A stretch of DNA of 64,000 nucleotides from NCBI GenBank assembly GCA_024653875.1, contig JANLHE010000192.1:565-64564 (forward strand), written 5' to 3'. The notes beneath the pieces were generated by a model, which saw only the letters and a list, made by a program, of their open reading frames with translations, made no database searches and was not told the origin of the DNA. This document shows positions 18,901 to 25,061 of this stretch, in pieces. Every line of letters begins with the position of its first letter. Positions within the stretch are counted from its first letter, which is position 1. Origin of the DNA: Acidobacteriota bacterium (GTDB taxonomy: Bacteria > Acidobacteriota > Vicinamibacteria > Vicinamibacterales > SCN-69-37). Position numbers and translations under genes: made by a program.

Positions 18901-20841
18901 GTGCCGTTCCAGACGAAGTTCGGCGAGGTGCCTGGCGGGTACTTCCCCATCAAATACGACCCTGAAGCGGACCCGAAGGCGTACGCGCACAACGTCAAAG
19001 AACTCGCCGAGCAGATGATGCGAGGCCAGACCACGTCGAGCACCACCCGACGTGGCTTCACTCAGGCCAGACAAGAGGTCGTCAAGAACCGCCGGATGCG
19101 TCTGGACTTCAGCACGATCTGGCAGCACACCGCTGACGTGATTCACGACCTGACACATCACGAGATGTTGATCGACGTGAACCGCATCCTGCGGCACCCC
19201 AAGGTGGCTACGGCAATCCGTCAGCACTACGGGATGCCGGTGTACCGCGAACTCCAGGCGTCCCTCCAGGACATTGCCGCCGGGGACGTGCCGGTCCAGC
19301 ACCAGGGGGAGCGCGCCCTTGAGTGGCTCCGACAGGGTACATCGATCGCGCGTATGGGCTGGAACCTGATGACCTCGGCGGTGCAGCCGTTAGGCCTCAC
19401 GGTGTCCGTGGTTCGTATCGGTCCGAAATGGGTGGCGCGTGGGGTCGCCCGCTGGCTCGGCGATGCCGCGCGCATGGAGAACACCGTCTCGCAGATACAC
19501 AAGCAAAGTGCGTTTATGCGCCTGCGTCACAAGACGCTGGAACGCGAAATCCGCGAGATCCAGAGCCGGATTCAGCCACGTGGGGCTTGGGCCTTGTCTG
19601 CGCTCGGCCGCAGCGTGGCCGGCGGCGCTGGCGCTCGTGCGGGCCATGAGATTGCGTCGAAGTACGCCGCAGTTGAGGACTCGTATTTCTGGTTTATTTC
19701 GCGGGCTCAGATGGTGGCTGATATCCCGACGTGGCTGGGCGGGTATGAGAAGGCCCGGGCGCAGGGCAACGATGAGAAGCGATCCGTGGCGTTGGCGGAC
19801 CAGGCCGTTATCGACTCGCAGGGGTCTGGGCACATCAAGGACATGGCGCACTCTCAGCGCGGCACGCCGTCGCTGAAGTTGTTTACCCAGTTCATGGGCT
19901 ACTTCAGCGTGGTCTACAACCAGGGGTCTGAGGCCATCGGCCGCACACGGTTGAGGAACCCGGCATCGATCGGACGTCTCGCCGTGGACCTGTTGATGCT
20001 CTACACGGTCCCGATGGTCTTGGAAGAGGCGCTGCGGGCCGCCATTTCCGGTGGCGATGACGACGATGACGACTTGCTGGTCAAATTTGCCAGAAGTCAG
20101 GCGGCGTACTTCTTGAATACCGTCGTGTTCGCTCGGGAATTGGGCGGCGCGGTAGAAGGGTATCGGTATAGCGGGCCTGCCGGTGGAGGCGTGTTTGATG
20201 AAGCCGCCAGACTCATCACGCAGATCGGACAGGGCAAAGTGGACGACCCACTGGTGAAGTCACTCAACAACACGGCGGGTATCGTGTTCCACTATCCGGC
20301 GACGCAAGTGGAGCGGCTAGTGCGGGTTGCGCTGGCGCTCAAGGATGGCACCGCTACCCCGTCGATGCTGTTTCGGGCCACGGCCGGCAACGCCTCTGAA
20401 CGGCCCGACTTGTCGGCCGCGGCTCGCACGGTGCGATCGGGTGAGCAGCAGCAGTCGAAGCGCGCCCAAGAGGCCGTGGCGGCCTCGGTGGAAGCGTTCT
20501 TCCAGTTGCCACCGGCACGGCAAACACAGGATGAGATTATCCAGCGCACCAGGGCATTAGCTAAGGCGCTGTATGCCGATCCGGACGTGCGAGACGACAA
20601 GTTCAGCGACTTGCTCACTAATCACCGGGTGGGCGTCGCGCGCGGCCAGAAAGACCAAGTGCTCAATGCTGTGCTGACGGCTGGCAGCAACGCGCAGAAA
20701 TTGGCGGTCCTGGCGGCGGCTAGCGAGAAGATGTCGCCAGACGACTTCAGGGCGTGGGTGAAGAAAACCAGGCCACTCCAGGTGGTCTCAAGCACCGTGC
20801 TCGACCAAGCGATGGCAGCGGTGAACGCGCGCGCGCGATAG
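6982..20841 (+). CDS. Giant polyvalent protein (4,619 aa) with multiple enzymatic modules; probably virion-packaged effector
   Basis: Uninterrupted ORF. Motifs read in order: HEVTH (nt 7510), a hydrophobic block (7990-8735), HLTV and HVTI (9325, 9556), GGPGSGKST (11191), YHGT/GSYFT (12496, 12568), EEIQSDWH, HELAH (14761) and HEYGH (16429). Confidence 0.8.
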   Translation: MAFQNFGLLGSTMGGLTRRLSARTPTTSRLTPFKPVSSHDDEEDDPYQIVRFKPVASHTQEPPEEEDRFQITNFTPLGQMTPAPSHRVDPLALLKIEPNVAATKQTDQDDTGDLGAAWKRFQTKFPSAAQAIGYVRFGDPALMDKKKVDGWVNSERGIEINPSRLSRDSDLESLIAHEVTHLLRDDGDAEGRANAIEKAYKVSMLPTMRPVSSHGASTKPSTTRTPISNKDDPLRVVNFVPFERNPIAIGPAQPRPMSMSDLMRAEMNKAPLQAGAIVDLTVPDRDPHFDVSGSLPIKTPQRLYMTPGAKPGDDPTFSPEMPKPDAPFTPKGAKVPEMLSRGVVSGVSSLAAGAGGMLQAVAAEGSAAERHGQALVELDKKIQKLARPAERYLVDVFENPELAKDPEWWAYTAGTTLGSMVGFMVPAQAGAMIGGRLAVGAAALLSRTAQARELFMGTGFVLGGGVVEGLIEGGSAFNDAIAAGKSKKEAGEIAASVAALNVPLIAGTAGLGYLPQLFNAGGAKSAAKRTIQWFSGGMMESGQEVGQQGISNRAAGRPITEGMGTAAVGGFIGGGVAGPTIGAMNTEDSKASARGTQDPGQTRFYENMTANLMTPPRPPSGPTSPGPVAPSVAPTPAAPEIVTFTPADKVKEPAVSPDVSRGTSPDPAVLQQQAERFSDLRALEAQLKDTNSPKRRQEIEFELTGIRRHYEDTYQAIEQAGVDPVQVRHTVEQGQPEAPSEPYSYSTTQFNLPEPVAERVLDLGRKIPDVDLAEDGRETEPHLTVKYGLHTEDVEEVRAALADMKPFKVKLGATSFFPNGESDSGDVLKVDVSSAYLSLLNKRLAKALDHSDTKAYSPHVTIAYLKAGRGEAYTNDDALKGTEILVDRITFGGKNGQRVEIPLGTQAQPVPPQEFQTGQQAAKEEIALSDQQWKAATDRWVAARRDLESGAISPAQFEAEQARFLALTDDLSRANEAPLGAPALATPFAQMSREEQNVAVSPLVPDAASVEPSTTQPEWPVVELPRTDKAQSAPQAKPGRFLVDAKAGTMATAPKGARPGIGQVLVRYSDTGKQTVLQVGKKVAPRDLRKLKALERPVPPVVAPTVPASQREHFDQLLKDARQNGYEGDDKTLEQLYLQKLDEARLANDGATLASEDADSSRELLVAISKMGGIGLEAEGEAGMRGELETMLEGLNRHAGIIRRGARAGQRLPASFRRAGGLPGAPNIITRSGGRPLDTVLESIHEDPRWEHRFESLSDFTQAIDDAIRIETGTTAAPAAAYGPRLDATLEMLGVAPGTDWWEPGRIIVTPHRQGAADEANERAAIRGLNARRDTLQQDYEAQFGRVVNDDNMRELLGAHSPDRRWGNLNAVRSSSGAAVRQVFRQILDEPMDPTRDAVLLTAGGPGSGKSTSAGEDPSFFAVFDSTLHNYEQAKALIEQVKASGRVAVVRYVRRNPVEAFMDGVLTRALDPSNGRPVSIKSHAEKHVEGRETIARLIGEYADDLQVPIVLAESTPSGLKPIDDLESAVEEARVYNDVDALRADIETALRREIASGRQGLTPELAARLGLRPEDRPAVAGDGQPEARRGDQERPAEGLQPAPLAADPTPVSAAPPVRSKAVSPARTEDILATGEIQPRLPGDVGAVRDQEVADAKLELKRADPDDFSLSAQAVDAGQPRLSEPDDSDSSPAYKAAYAAYETAHDRFQPFKQDYENRTISPDVYLREAKAFDAAKDALDAAERAERAARRAARKPAEAPRQSFSAKSLQSVFGITATEAEAAVAIAEAMDLDTDKILLTAGGVPGKGALEQPGQQGTKAFKKWFGRSVVVDTEGPRRVYHGTSGPKPISAFKESVSGLFGRGSYFTESAEDADNYAGNKLVKLKDGSVRTSGRSAIVPVYLQIEHPFEMDGRDTWQDLFEVVMGRRPKNDDAEMPSPAQARALQAAMVAQGHDGIVIKNFEANLTEDFTTHYVVFSPEQVKSATGNQGTFDPKNPNILYQEAPVNAPKLSKWYYSNISKALATWQPKGTAAQLLAHLQKFKGANEEAETIGFGAWLKSQEKVTRAEAQAWLGEHQIHVQDVVRRSRGTDDQQEARSERYMQALQVLERHNLDVASEEANDPPIALIHREERDDRGELKALIAEDIKALPQEAQDAWDVVEEQERLAASKDLKYAAYQTPGGTGYREVLLTLPASATRTVWRVIDRNNNHIIAKFDNYEEAAKLADEKDLAVSEKQDVPAKDTYQSSHWDEPNVLAHVRMNDREVDGQRVLFVEEIQSDWHPALRKHLAAKAAGQLTTKVPDAPFKGAGWKKLALKRALAMAAEGGYDGLAWTTGSMQQDRYDLSKQAHEISAFNRGDGTFDFMVRAKDTNRTHDISKVARDQVSEHIGKDLAERVLKQPAGEWQGYTGLDLKVGGQWAENLYDRELPNLANDIVRKYGVKAGTIELPNTNKVMAYSGPSNVTGDDLDKLIKVSRGLGNSTISPITGREAGHPVERASVTKQAQDIRAYMQAGHSFVEAMNTHGSPMMAGMVGGKMVDEDRGVSVHHLPLTQQMREDVRDNGLPLFQGAKAAVEFAEGGKAIIRALERPDVSSPAHELAHVARRFLLDRNVATEDRLGISDEDIATAETWAGAANGVWGREAEEKFARGFERYLQIGKAPTTKLQALFDKFATWLTDIYRDLKGSDIDVEISAPMQAVFDKLVTRRTAREQRDAAPERQSKPAPTKARASTPTPVSAEPVTGTGDAGAELTFNKRNRRRGGLTWEDVVGQNQTLRVSQTTKANVYPQPEYAALIDGGMEPVVAHIVKQVYDAIAVKPQTTAPTDADLQAYIAGVNRVMDGTLAWANNKDAIRKWANAQVRTARAMQGTPTSLSDLVDVPTLSLSVYPESKQGLSDALRNEARLIGGRRVLGALHAGYSETARATKAVAGGWPAKQEAWQRQGYKVVSSAEAVQVKTGERYVSGGKETVHYLEINRRGFHDVASAEAAEARKAAFKPWLLLKKSGRIEGEFDTKADAEDAARAAVKRESKAIDVRGTAVTEAERTGPPRREPGQNISSDVLLETFEFKGINFGNWLKGKGGNEAERQLHLNHAYDAFADMADILGIPPKAISLNGLLGVAFGAQGSGKNAAHFVPGVNEINLTRTQGAGTVAHEYGHALDHYFATQAGLAGYPEPFLTEHVSHPGTTGYNRAGGKRTAPDTLRPEIAEAFRVIVSSMNRVLESGAQAETRLLMAGTQALKSVNGWLGQIKRDFTSAGVAESAFDALAERIRTLDLGDGKVAVGNAQLSPAVAALRDLYKSAGGSRAYSLDSIKSLQSNVDYLAYLKSDAIAGRAHTPQTVSTDYSRQASALDQEKGGKAYWSTNLEKFARAFDAFVRDRLAARATRNTYLSRDGQPATWEPQGAERIAINEAFDTLIGEFQVTPDTNVLYQEAPPTASELEQIRARRAALVSELGATLRGRAGMGIDFDALELVVDIIKSYLDEGIVRFKDAALAFRRDYPMGADLDDYFESAWQEATGETHLVADALASPETETDIAVAPETALATKASELSKTRRTKQDVIDDLSDALKDLRQTIRSGGVQMREARVPYALIAATAKEQVAAAIVRDLRPAEALATVRPLVTKATEAAARGEFDKAGDLEHEALSALALYREQQRVVKDIDARVRRARLLGTKSAQQRLGLAGQEMYRAPVNAILDGYSFERFGRKALDKRASLLEFIEKATEENMPVDIPAAVREGANRVPYQELTVGEFVEVTDTLDHLLHLSGLKNRLLKSTSTRTFNEQMDDLAASIAAHSRGARRTALEPHLASNQIGRGMAGFAAWQRKLGSLIREMDGGKDGGPMWEAVMRPINASADDETVRQEAAAVAFADTNKTFTTDDKVDLSKPMEIPEIGDSLTRAARIIVALNWGNPGNQQRLMSGFDWSESQVQAILDTLTEKDWTFVKAVWAHINSYKAEIVAKQERVFGVAPEMIEGVPFQTKFGEVPGGYFPIKYDPEADPKAYAHNVKELAEQMMRGQTTSSTTRRGFTQARQEVVKNRRMRLDFSTIWQHTADVIHDLTHHEMLIDVNRILRHPKVATAIRQHYGMPVYRELQASLQDIAAGDVPVQHQGERALEWLRQGTSIARMGWNLMTSAVQPLGLTVSVVRIGPKWVARGVARWLGDAARMENTVSQIHKQSAFMRLRHKTLEREIREIQSRIQPRGAWALSALGRSVAGGAGARAGHEIASKYAAVEDSYFWFISRAQMVADIPTWLGGYEKARAQGNDEKRSVALADQAVIDSQGSGHIKDMAHSQRGTPSLKLFTQFMGYFSVVYNQGSEAIGRTRLRNPASIGRLAVDLLMLYTVPMVLEEALRAAISGGDDDDDDLLVKFARSQAAYFLNTVVFARELGGAVEGYRYSGPAGGGVFDEAARLITQIGQGKVDDPLVKSLNNTAGIVFHYPATQVERLVRVALALKDGTATPSMLFRATAGNASERPDLSAAARTVRSGEQQQSKRAQEAVAASVEAFFQLPPARQTQDEIIQRTRALAKALYADPDVRDDKFSDLLTNHRVGVARGQKDQVLNAVLTAGSNAQKLAVLAAASEKMSPDDFRAWVKKTRPLQVVSSTVLDQAMAAVNARAR

Positions 20842-21185
20842 GTCACGTTTGGGGTATCCCCGAACAATGCCGCGTCGGCGCAGTAGAGGGTGCAATGGGG
20901 CACAAAATCACCCACGTATCCGGGGAAACGGACGCTTCGTTCTGTCCCGCTCCTGAGAGGGCAAACGCCGCATTTGTGGCGCGTTGCGATCCACGCTGGT
21001 GGACCGCCGGCGCCGCACAGAAACCGTCGAACGCGTCTGTTTTCTGTGGGGATCGTTTGGTGATTCGACTGTTCCCCTCAACACTGACAGAGCATGGGTA
21101 GAGTGCGGACATGCCGTGCTACGCCTTGGATCTCGCCGTAGGGCAGATCGCCCGGAAGGGAGCGCGCCTTGTAGGAGTTCGATGA

Positions 21186-21863
21186 ATGAGCGGCACACTT
21201 AGCCCGGTCGGACCCAGCCAGTTCTTTGACGATGACGGCGATCCGCTGGCCGCGGGGTTGCTGTACACCTACGTGGCCGGGTCCTCGACGCCCGCGACGA
21301 CCTACAGCGATTCGGCCCTGAGCACGGCCAACGCCAACCCGATCGTCCTGGACGGCGCCGGCCGGTGCACGATCTACCTCGACTCGGCCAGCTACAAGTT
21401 CGTCCTGAAGGATGCGGACCTAGCCACGATCTGGACCCAGGACAACATCTCGTCGGTCGCCTTGGGGCAGTCGGTGTTGGGCGAGGTGTTCACCTTCGGC
21501 GGCGAAGCCTCGACCCCCATCACGGACACGACCTACCCGTCAGGGGCCACTTACGACAAGCTCATGTCCGGATCCGCCATTCTCAGCGTGGACTCGGCCA
21601 ACCTGGTCGGCACCTACGCCATTGCCGGCATGTTGTTGTCGAACGCCGGCGTGACCGTCACGGTCGCCCTGGTGAACCTGAGCGACGGATCCCCCGACAC
21701 GCCCATTGCCACGATCTCGAGCACGCACGCGACTGGCGAGCGGGTCATCAGCGGCGCGATCACGTTCCCGGCGGCTGGGGCCAGTAAGAATTTTGGAATC
21801 AAAGCCAAAGTGTCCAGCGGAACTGCTTTTGGGTGGGCTTTGAGTTTGCAGCGGCTGTCCTAA
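21186..21863 (+). CDS. Tail fibre / tail spike N-terminal adaptor-type protein (225 aa)
   Basis: AGGAG SD 9 nt upstream. The N-terminus (FFDDDGDPLAAGLLYTYVAGSSTPATTYSD...ANPIVLDGAGR) resembles the conserved virion-attachment N-terminus of phage fibre and spike proteins. Confidence 0.5.
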   Translation: MSGTLSPVGPSQFFDDDGDPLAAGLLYTYVAGSSTPATTYSDSALSTANANPIVLDGAGRCTIYLDSASYKFVLKDADLATIWTQDNISSVALGQSVLGEVFTFGGEASTPITDTTYPSGATYDKLMSGSAILSVDSANLVGTYAIAGMLLSNAGVTVTVALVNLSDGSPDTPIATISSTHATGERVISGAITFPAAGASKNFGIKAKVSSGTAFGWALSLQRLS

Positions 21864-22513
21864 TGAACAGGTCTTTTTTGCGTTCGATCCGGCGGAATCA
21901 GGAGCGCCATCGCTATTGGCCACCCGCGCGTCACGCGGTCTCGCGTCAGTTGCGGATCGTGGCTATGCAACTCAGACGCCTGCGTCATGGTCATTTCAGC
22001 GCCGTTGACCTCGATGACTCTATTGCTGGACCGATTGTTCTGTTGGGCTTTCTGCGTCGCCCATCTGCAGTTCTCTTTGCAGTAGTCGCCATCGTTGTCG
22101 ATGCGGTCAAGGCTGTGCTTGGGGCTTGGGCGAGGTCCTATGTCTCGCAGGAAGGCATCAAACGACTGCCATTGCTTGGAAAGCGTGATGCCCCTTCCTC
22201 CGTACCGCTGAAAGCTGGCGTTTCGAGGATTAAAACACCTGGACCTCATAGAGGCCCAGACCTGGTATTCGGCCAGTGTGGAGCCTTTCTTGGCGGCTCC
22301 ATGGGTCGTATTGATCCTGACCATTCTGTTGTGGGCCATGCGGCGAGTATGGCAGCCGCAACTGGTCGTCGTGCCGGTCTTGAAATTACTGCTCATGTAC
22401 GCCTTGACCGTGCCGCATTCGCATCGGCACCACCATTTTCTATCTCCTGGAGCACGGCCTATGACTAAGAGCTTCCTGAACTTCTGGCCAGTGAGATCGA
22501 TGCGGGCGCTCAT
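21860..22513 (-). CDS. HNH/AP2-like DNA-binding or homing-endonuclease-like protein
   Basis: Internal Met (MSARIDLTGQKF...) of track ORF 21860..22744. Motifs: IDLTGQ, CxCxCG...SCGC, and YGGRGI...SLDRIDNDGDYCKENCRWAT. It is the only minus-strand gene in the structural block, and its GC is lower than its neighbours. Confidence 0.55.
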   Translation of the reverse strand: MSARIDLTGQKFRKLLVIGRAPGDRKWWCRCECGTVKAYMSSNFKTGTTTSCGCHTRRMAHNRMVRINTTHGAAKKGSTLAEYQVWASMRSRCFNPRNASFQRYGGRGITLSKQWQSFDAFLRDIGPRPSPKHSLDRIDNDGDYCKENCRWATQKAQQNNRSSNRVIEVNGAEMTMTQASELHSHDPQLTRDRVTRGWPIAMALLIPPDRTQKRPVH

Positions 22514-25061
22514 TGTTGCACCTATTTTAGCAGTTGCGATCGTGGCCGCGAATCCAACCCCCTTGTCGGCGCAGGTGCGCCCGGTGATTGCCACCACGGT
22601 ACAGACAACCGACACGACCGCCAACGCGCTCATCGTTGGGTGCGCGATCGGTTCGACCACGTGCACCGGTGGGGTTCGGGCCGGCACGATCCGGCTGACT
22701 GCTGGCATTGCGCTTGACGGCGCGACCGCCTCGGACCACGGCATTGTGTTGGCGTCGGCGATTCCCGCGTCTACTGCGATGGCGATTTACCAGAGTGCCG
22801 GCACGCTCTATTTTAACGGATCTGTGGTGGCGTTGGGCTCCTCGGTCTCGGGCACCATCGGCGCGATCAGTGTGTTCACGGCGTCCAACGCGCTGGGCGA
22901 TTCGATTATCGCGCAGAGCGGCGGCAACACGATCACCGTGACCGGCACGACCAATACCACGGTTGGCTACAACCTGAACGGGACCAGTATCAACACGGCT
23001 GGCACGCTCTCGAACGTGGCCTACGAGAATCAGGCGAACACGTTTGTGCCGTCGCAGACGTTCAGCGCAGGGATCGGCGTATCAGGCGGGTCGCCGTCTA
23101 CCCACGGGATCATGATTCCCTCGGCGGTGCCTGGGGTTCTCACAACAAACCTGCACAATTCATCGGGCACGTTGACTTGGCCGAGTGGGGCGTCGTTTAC
23201 GACGGTGAACACCGGCCAAGGCGCGAACGAACTCTACGACATGGACCAGAACGTGCTCACCACGTCCAGTCCGTCGTTTGTGCTGGGCACGTGGACTGGC
23301 TTCGGGACGCACAGTTTTAGCGCAGGGGGGACGGGCGCGAACCTACTGAGGGTTGTCAATACGACCAGCGGCGCGGCGAATTTTGGCGAGTTTGAGGTGA
23401 CGGGTGGCACGACATCACTGTATGTCGATGCGTTCTCGCAGGGCTACACGACAGCCACCTCCGAGATCGCGGCGAGTGTGCGGATCTTGTCGAATGGCGT
23501 AGGCGGCTTAACCTTGATGGCGAGTGATCCCATCGGCGATGTGCGCCTCTACGCCCGCAATGCCCTCGCCCTCACTATCGGGGCCGTCCAGGCGGCGGCG
23601 TTTACGGGGGCCGTCAGTGCGTCTAATCTGAGCGGCACGAACACTGGTGACAACGCGGCCAACTCCACCTACACGATTGGGTCAGCGACACAGGCGTACG
23701 ACGCGGACTTAACGACGTGGGCAGGGGTGACGCCCGGCACCGGGGTAGCCACCGCCCTCGCCATCAACGTCGGGTCAGCGGGTGCGCCAGTTGTGCTGAA
23801 TGGGGCGCTCGGGACGCCATCGAGTGGTAGCGCAGCTAATCTGACAGCCCTACCTGCGGCCCAATTGTCTGGCACGATTACATCGGCCACGCAGGACTTG
23901 ATCACGCGCACGGCCACGCTGGTGGCGGGCGCCACGGGTGCGGGGTTCACCGTGGCACTGGCGACCTCCACGATGAGCGGGGATCTGCCGGATGCGAACC
24001 TCAGTGCCAACGTGCCGCTCTTGAACGCCGCATCGAATGCCTTTGCGAATGCCGTGACCGTTGGCACCACACTGGGCGTCACGGGGGCAACGACACTGGC
24101 CCACGTTGGTGTCAATGCGACCGGTCCGACGAATCAATTATTGACGATAGGGGGCAGCTATACGCTCCCTGCCGCGTATGCGTTATTCGACATACCCGCA
24201 ACCGCCACGCTGACGAGCGGTGGGAATGGGTTTCAGGCTCAACTCGCAGGCGCGTTTGTTACTGCGGCGAGCGGCACTCATGCGCTCGTATCTCCCCTTC
24301 AGATTGCGACCGGTGTCGCCGACACCGGCGCGACAATCACGAACTATGCCGCGATTGACATTGTCTCTATGGCGGCATTTGCCAACGTCACGACGGCTAG
24401 TGGACTGCGCATCGCGGCCCCAACCGGGGCAGGGACCAACTACGCCATCAACGTCACAAGCGGGAATACGCTCTTGCAGGCGGCGACGTTTGCAGGGGCG
24501 ATTGGCAGCACGGTCAGCGTGGCCTTGACCGGCACCACAAACAACCTCGGCACGATCACCACGGGCGTGTGGAACGCCGGGGCGGTCACGAGTTCAGGCG
24601 GTGGCAGCTTCACCACGGGCGCGTTCAGTTCCACGCTCACCCTCTCGGGCACCGCCGCCAACATCGCCCTCGGCTCCAACTACCTGAGTGGGGATGGGGG
24701 GGATGAGGGGATCTCGATTGACGCCAGCGGCAACGGCGTGATTAGCGGGACGTGGAAGCTCACCGGAAACCAGCTGCTCGGCACCAACATCATGGACTCG
24801 GTGGGGACGCCGAGTTGCACCACGGGCTGCACGGGTATCGCCGGAAAAGACTACGCCTTCTACATTGCCGATGCGGACTCTGGGGATGTTGTCACTTTTG
24901 GTAATACATGGTCTACAGCCCCAGTTTGTGTGGTCACAAATGTTGGTGCGGGCGCGTATGCCGTATGGGCAGTAGCTACCACAACGACCACGCTTACACT
25001 TGGGTCGATTGATTCATCCGGTGCAAGCACAGGCTTGATGGTCATTTGCCGGGGTTATTGA
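22461..25061 (+). CDS. Tail fibre-like protein (866 aa), Thr/Gly/Ala/Ser-rich, with signal-peptide-like N-terminus
   Basis: GGAG lies 9 nt before the ATG at 22461 (alternative ATG at 22500). Contains fibre-type motifs (LGTPSSGSAANLTALP, SNLSGTNTGDN). The N-terminus MRALIVAPILAVAIVAANPTPLSAQ is hydrophobic. Confidence 0.55.
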   Translation: MTKSFLNFWPVRSMRALIVAPILAVAIVAANPTPLSAQVRPVIATTVQTTDTTANALIVGCAIGSTTCTGGVRAGTIRLTAGIALDGATASDHGIVLASAIPASTAMAIYQSAGTLYFNGSVVALGSSVSGTIGAISVFTASNALGDSIIAQSGGNTITVTGTTNTTVGYNLNGTSINTAGTLSNVAYENQANTFVPSQTFSAGIGVSGGSPSTHGIMIPSAVPGVLTTNLHNSSGTLTWPSGASFTTVNTGQGANELYDMDQNVLTTSSPSFVLGTWTGFGTHSFSAGGTGANLLRVVNTTSGAANFGEFEVTGGTTSLYVDAFSQGYTTATSEIAASVRILSNGVGGLTLMASDPIGDVRLYARNALALTIGAVQAAAFTGAVSASNLSGTNTGDNAANSTYTIGSATQAYDADLTTWAGVTPGTGVATALAINVGSAGAPVVLNGALGTPSSGSAANLTALPAAQLSGTITSATQDLITRTATLVAGATGAGFTVALATSTMSGDLPDANLSANVPLLNAASNAFANAVTVGTTLGVTGATTLAHVGVNATGPTNQLLTIGGSYTLPAAYALFDIPATATLTSGGNGFQAQLAGAFVTAASGTHALVSPLQIATGVADTGATITNYAAIDIVSMAAFANVTTASGLRIAAPTGAGTNYAINVTSGNTLLQAATFAGAIGSTVSVALTGTTNNLGTITTGVWNAGAVTSSGGGSFTTGAFSSTLTLSGTAANIALGSNYLSGDGGDEGISIDASGNGVISGTWKLTGNQLLGTNIMDSVGTPSCTTGCTGIAGKDYAFYIADADSGDVVTFGNTWSTAPVCVVTNVGAGAYAVWAVATTTTTLTLGSIDSSGASTGLMVICRGY

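Noticed and set aside
20895-21101. 68-aa ORF (MGHKITHVSGETD...) with a GAGGG SD-like sequence, located in the 344-nt gap after the giant gene.
   Set aside because: Third-position GC is only about 62% (my count is 42 of 68 codons), which is no higher than the bulk composition. Neighbouring genes appear strongly GC3-biased. No motif was found.
21186-25061. Diversity-generating retroelement acting on the tail fibre.
   Set aside because: No reverse-transcriptase-like ORF exists anywhere in the window. I found no template/variable repeat pair matching the fibre 3' end.
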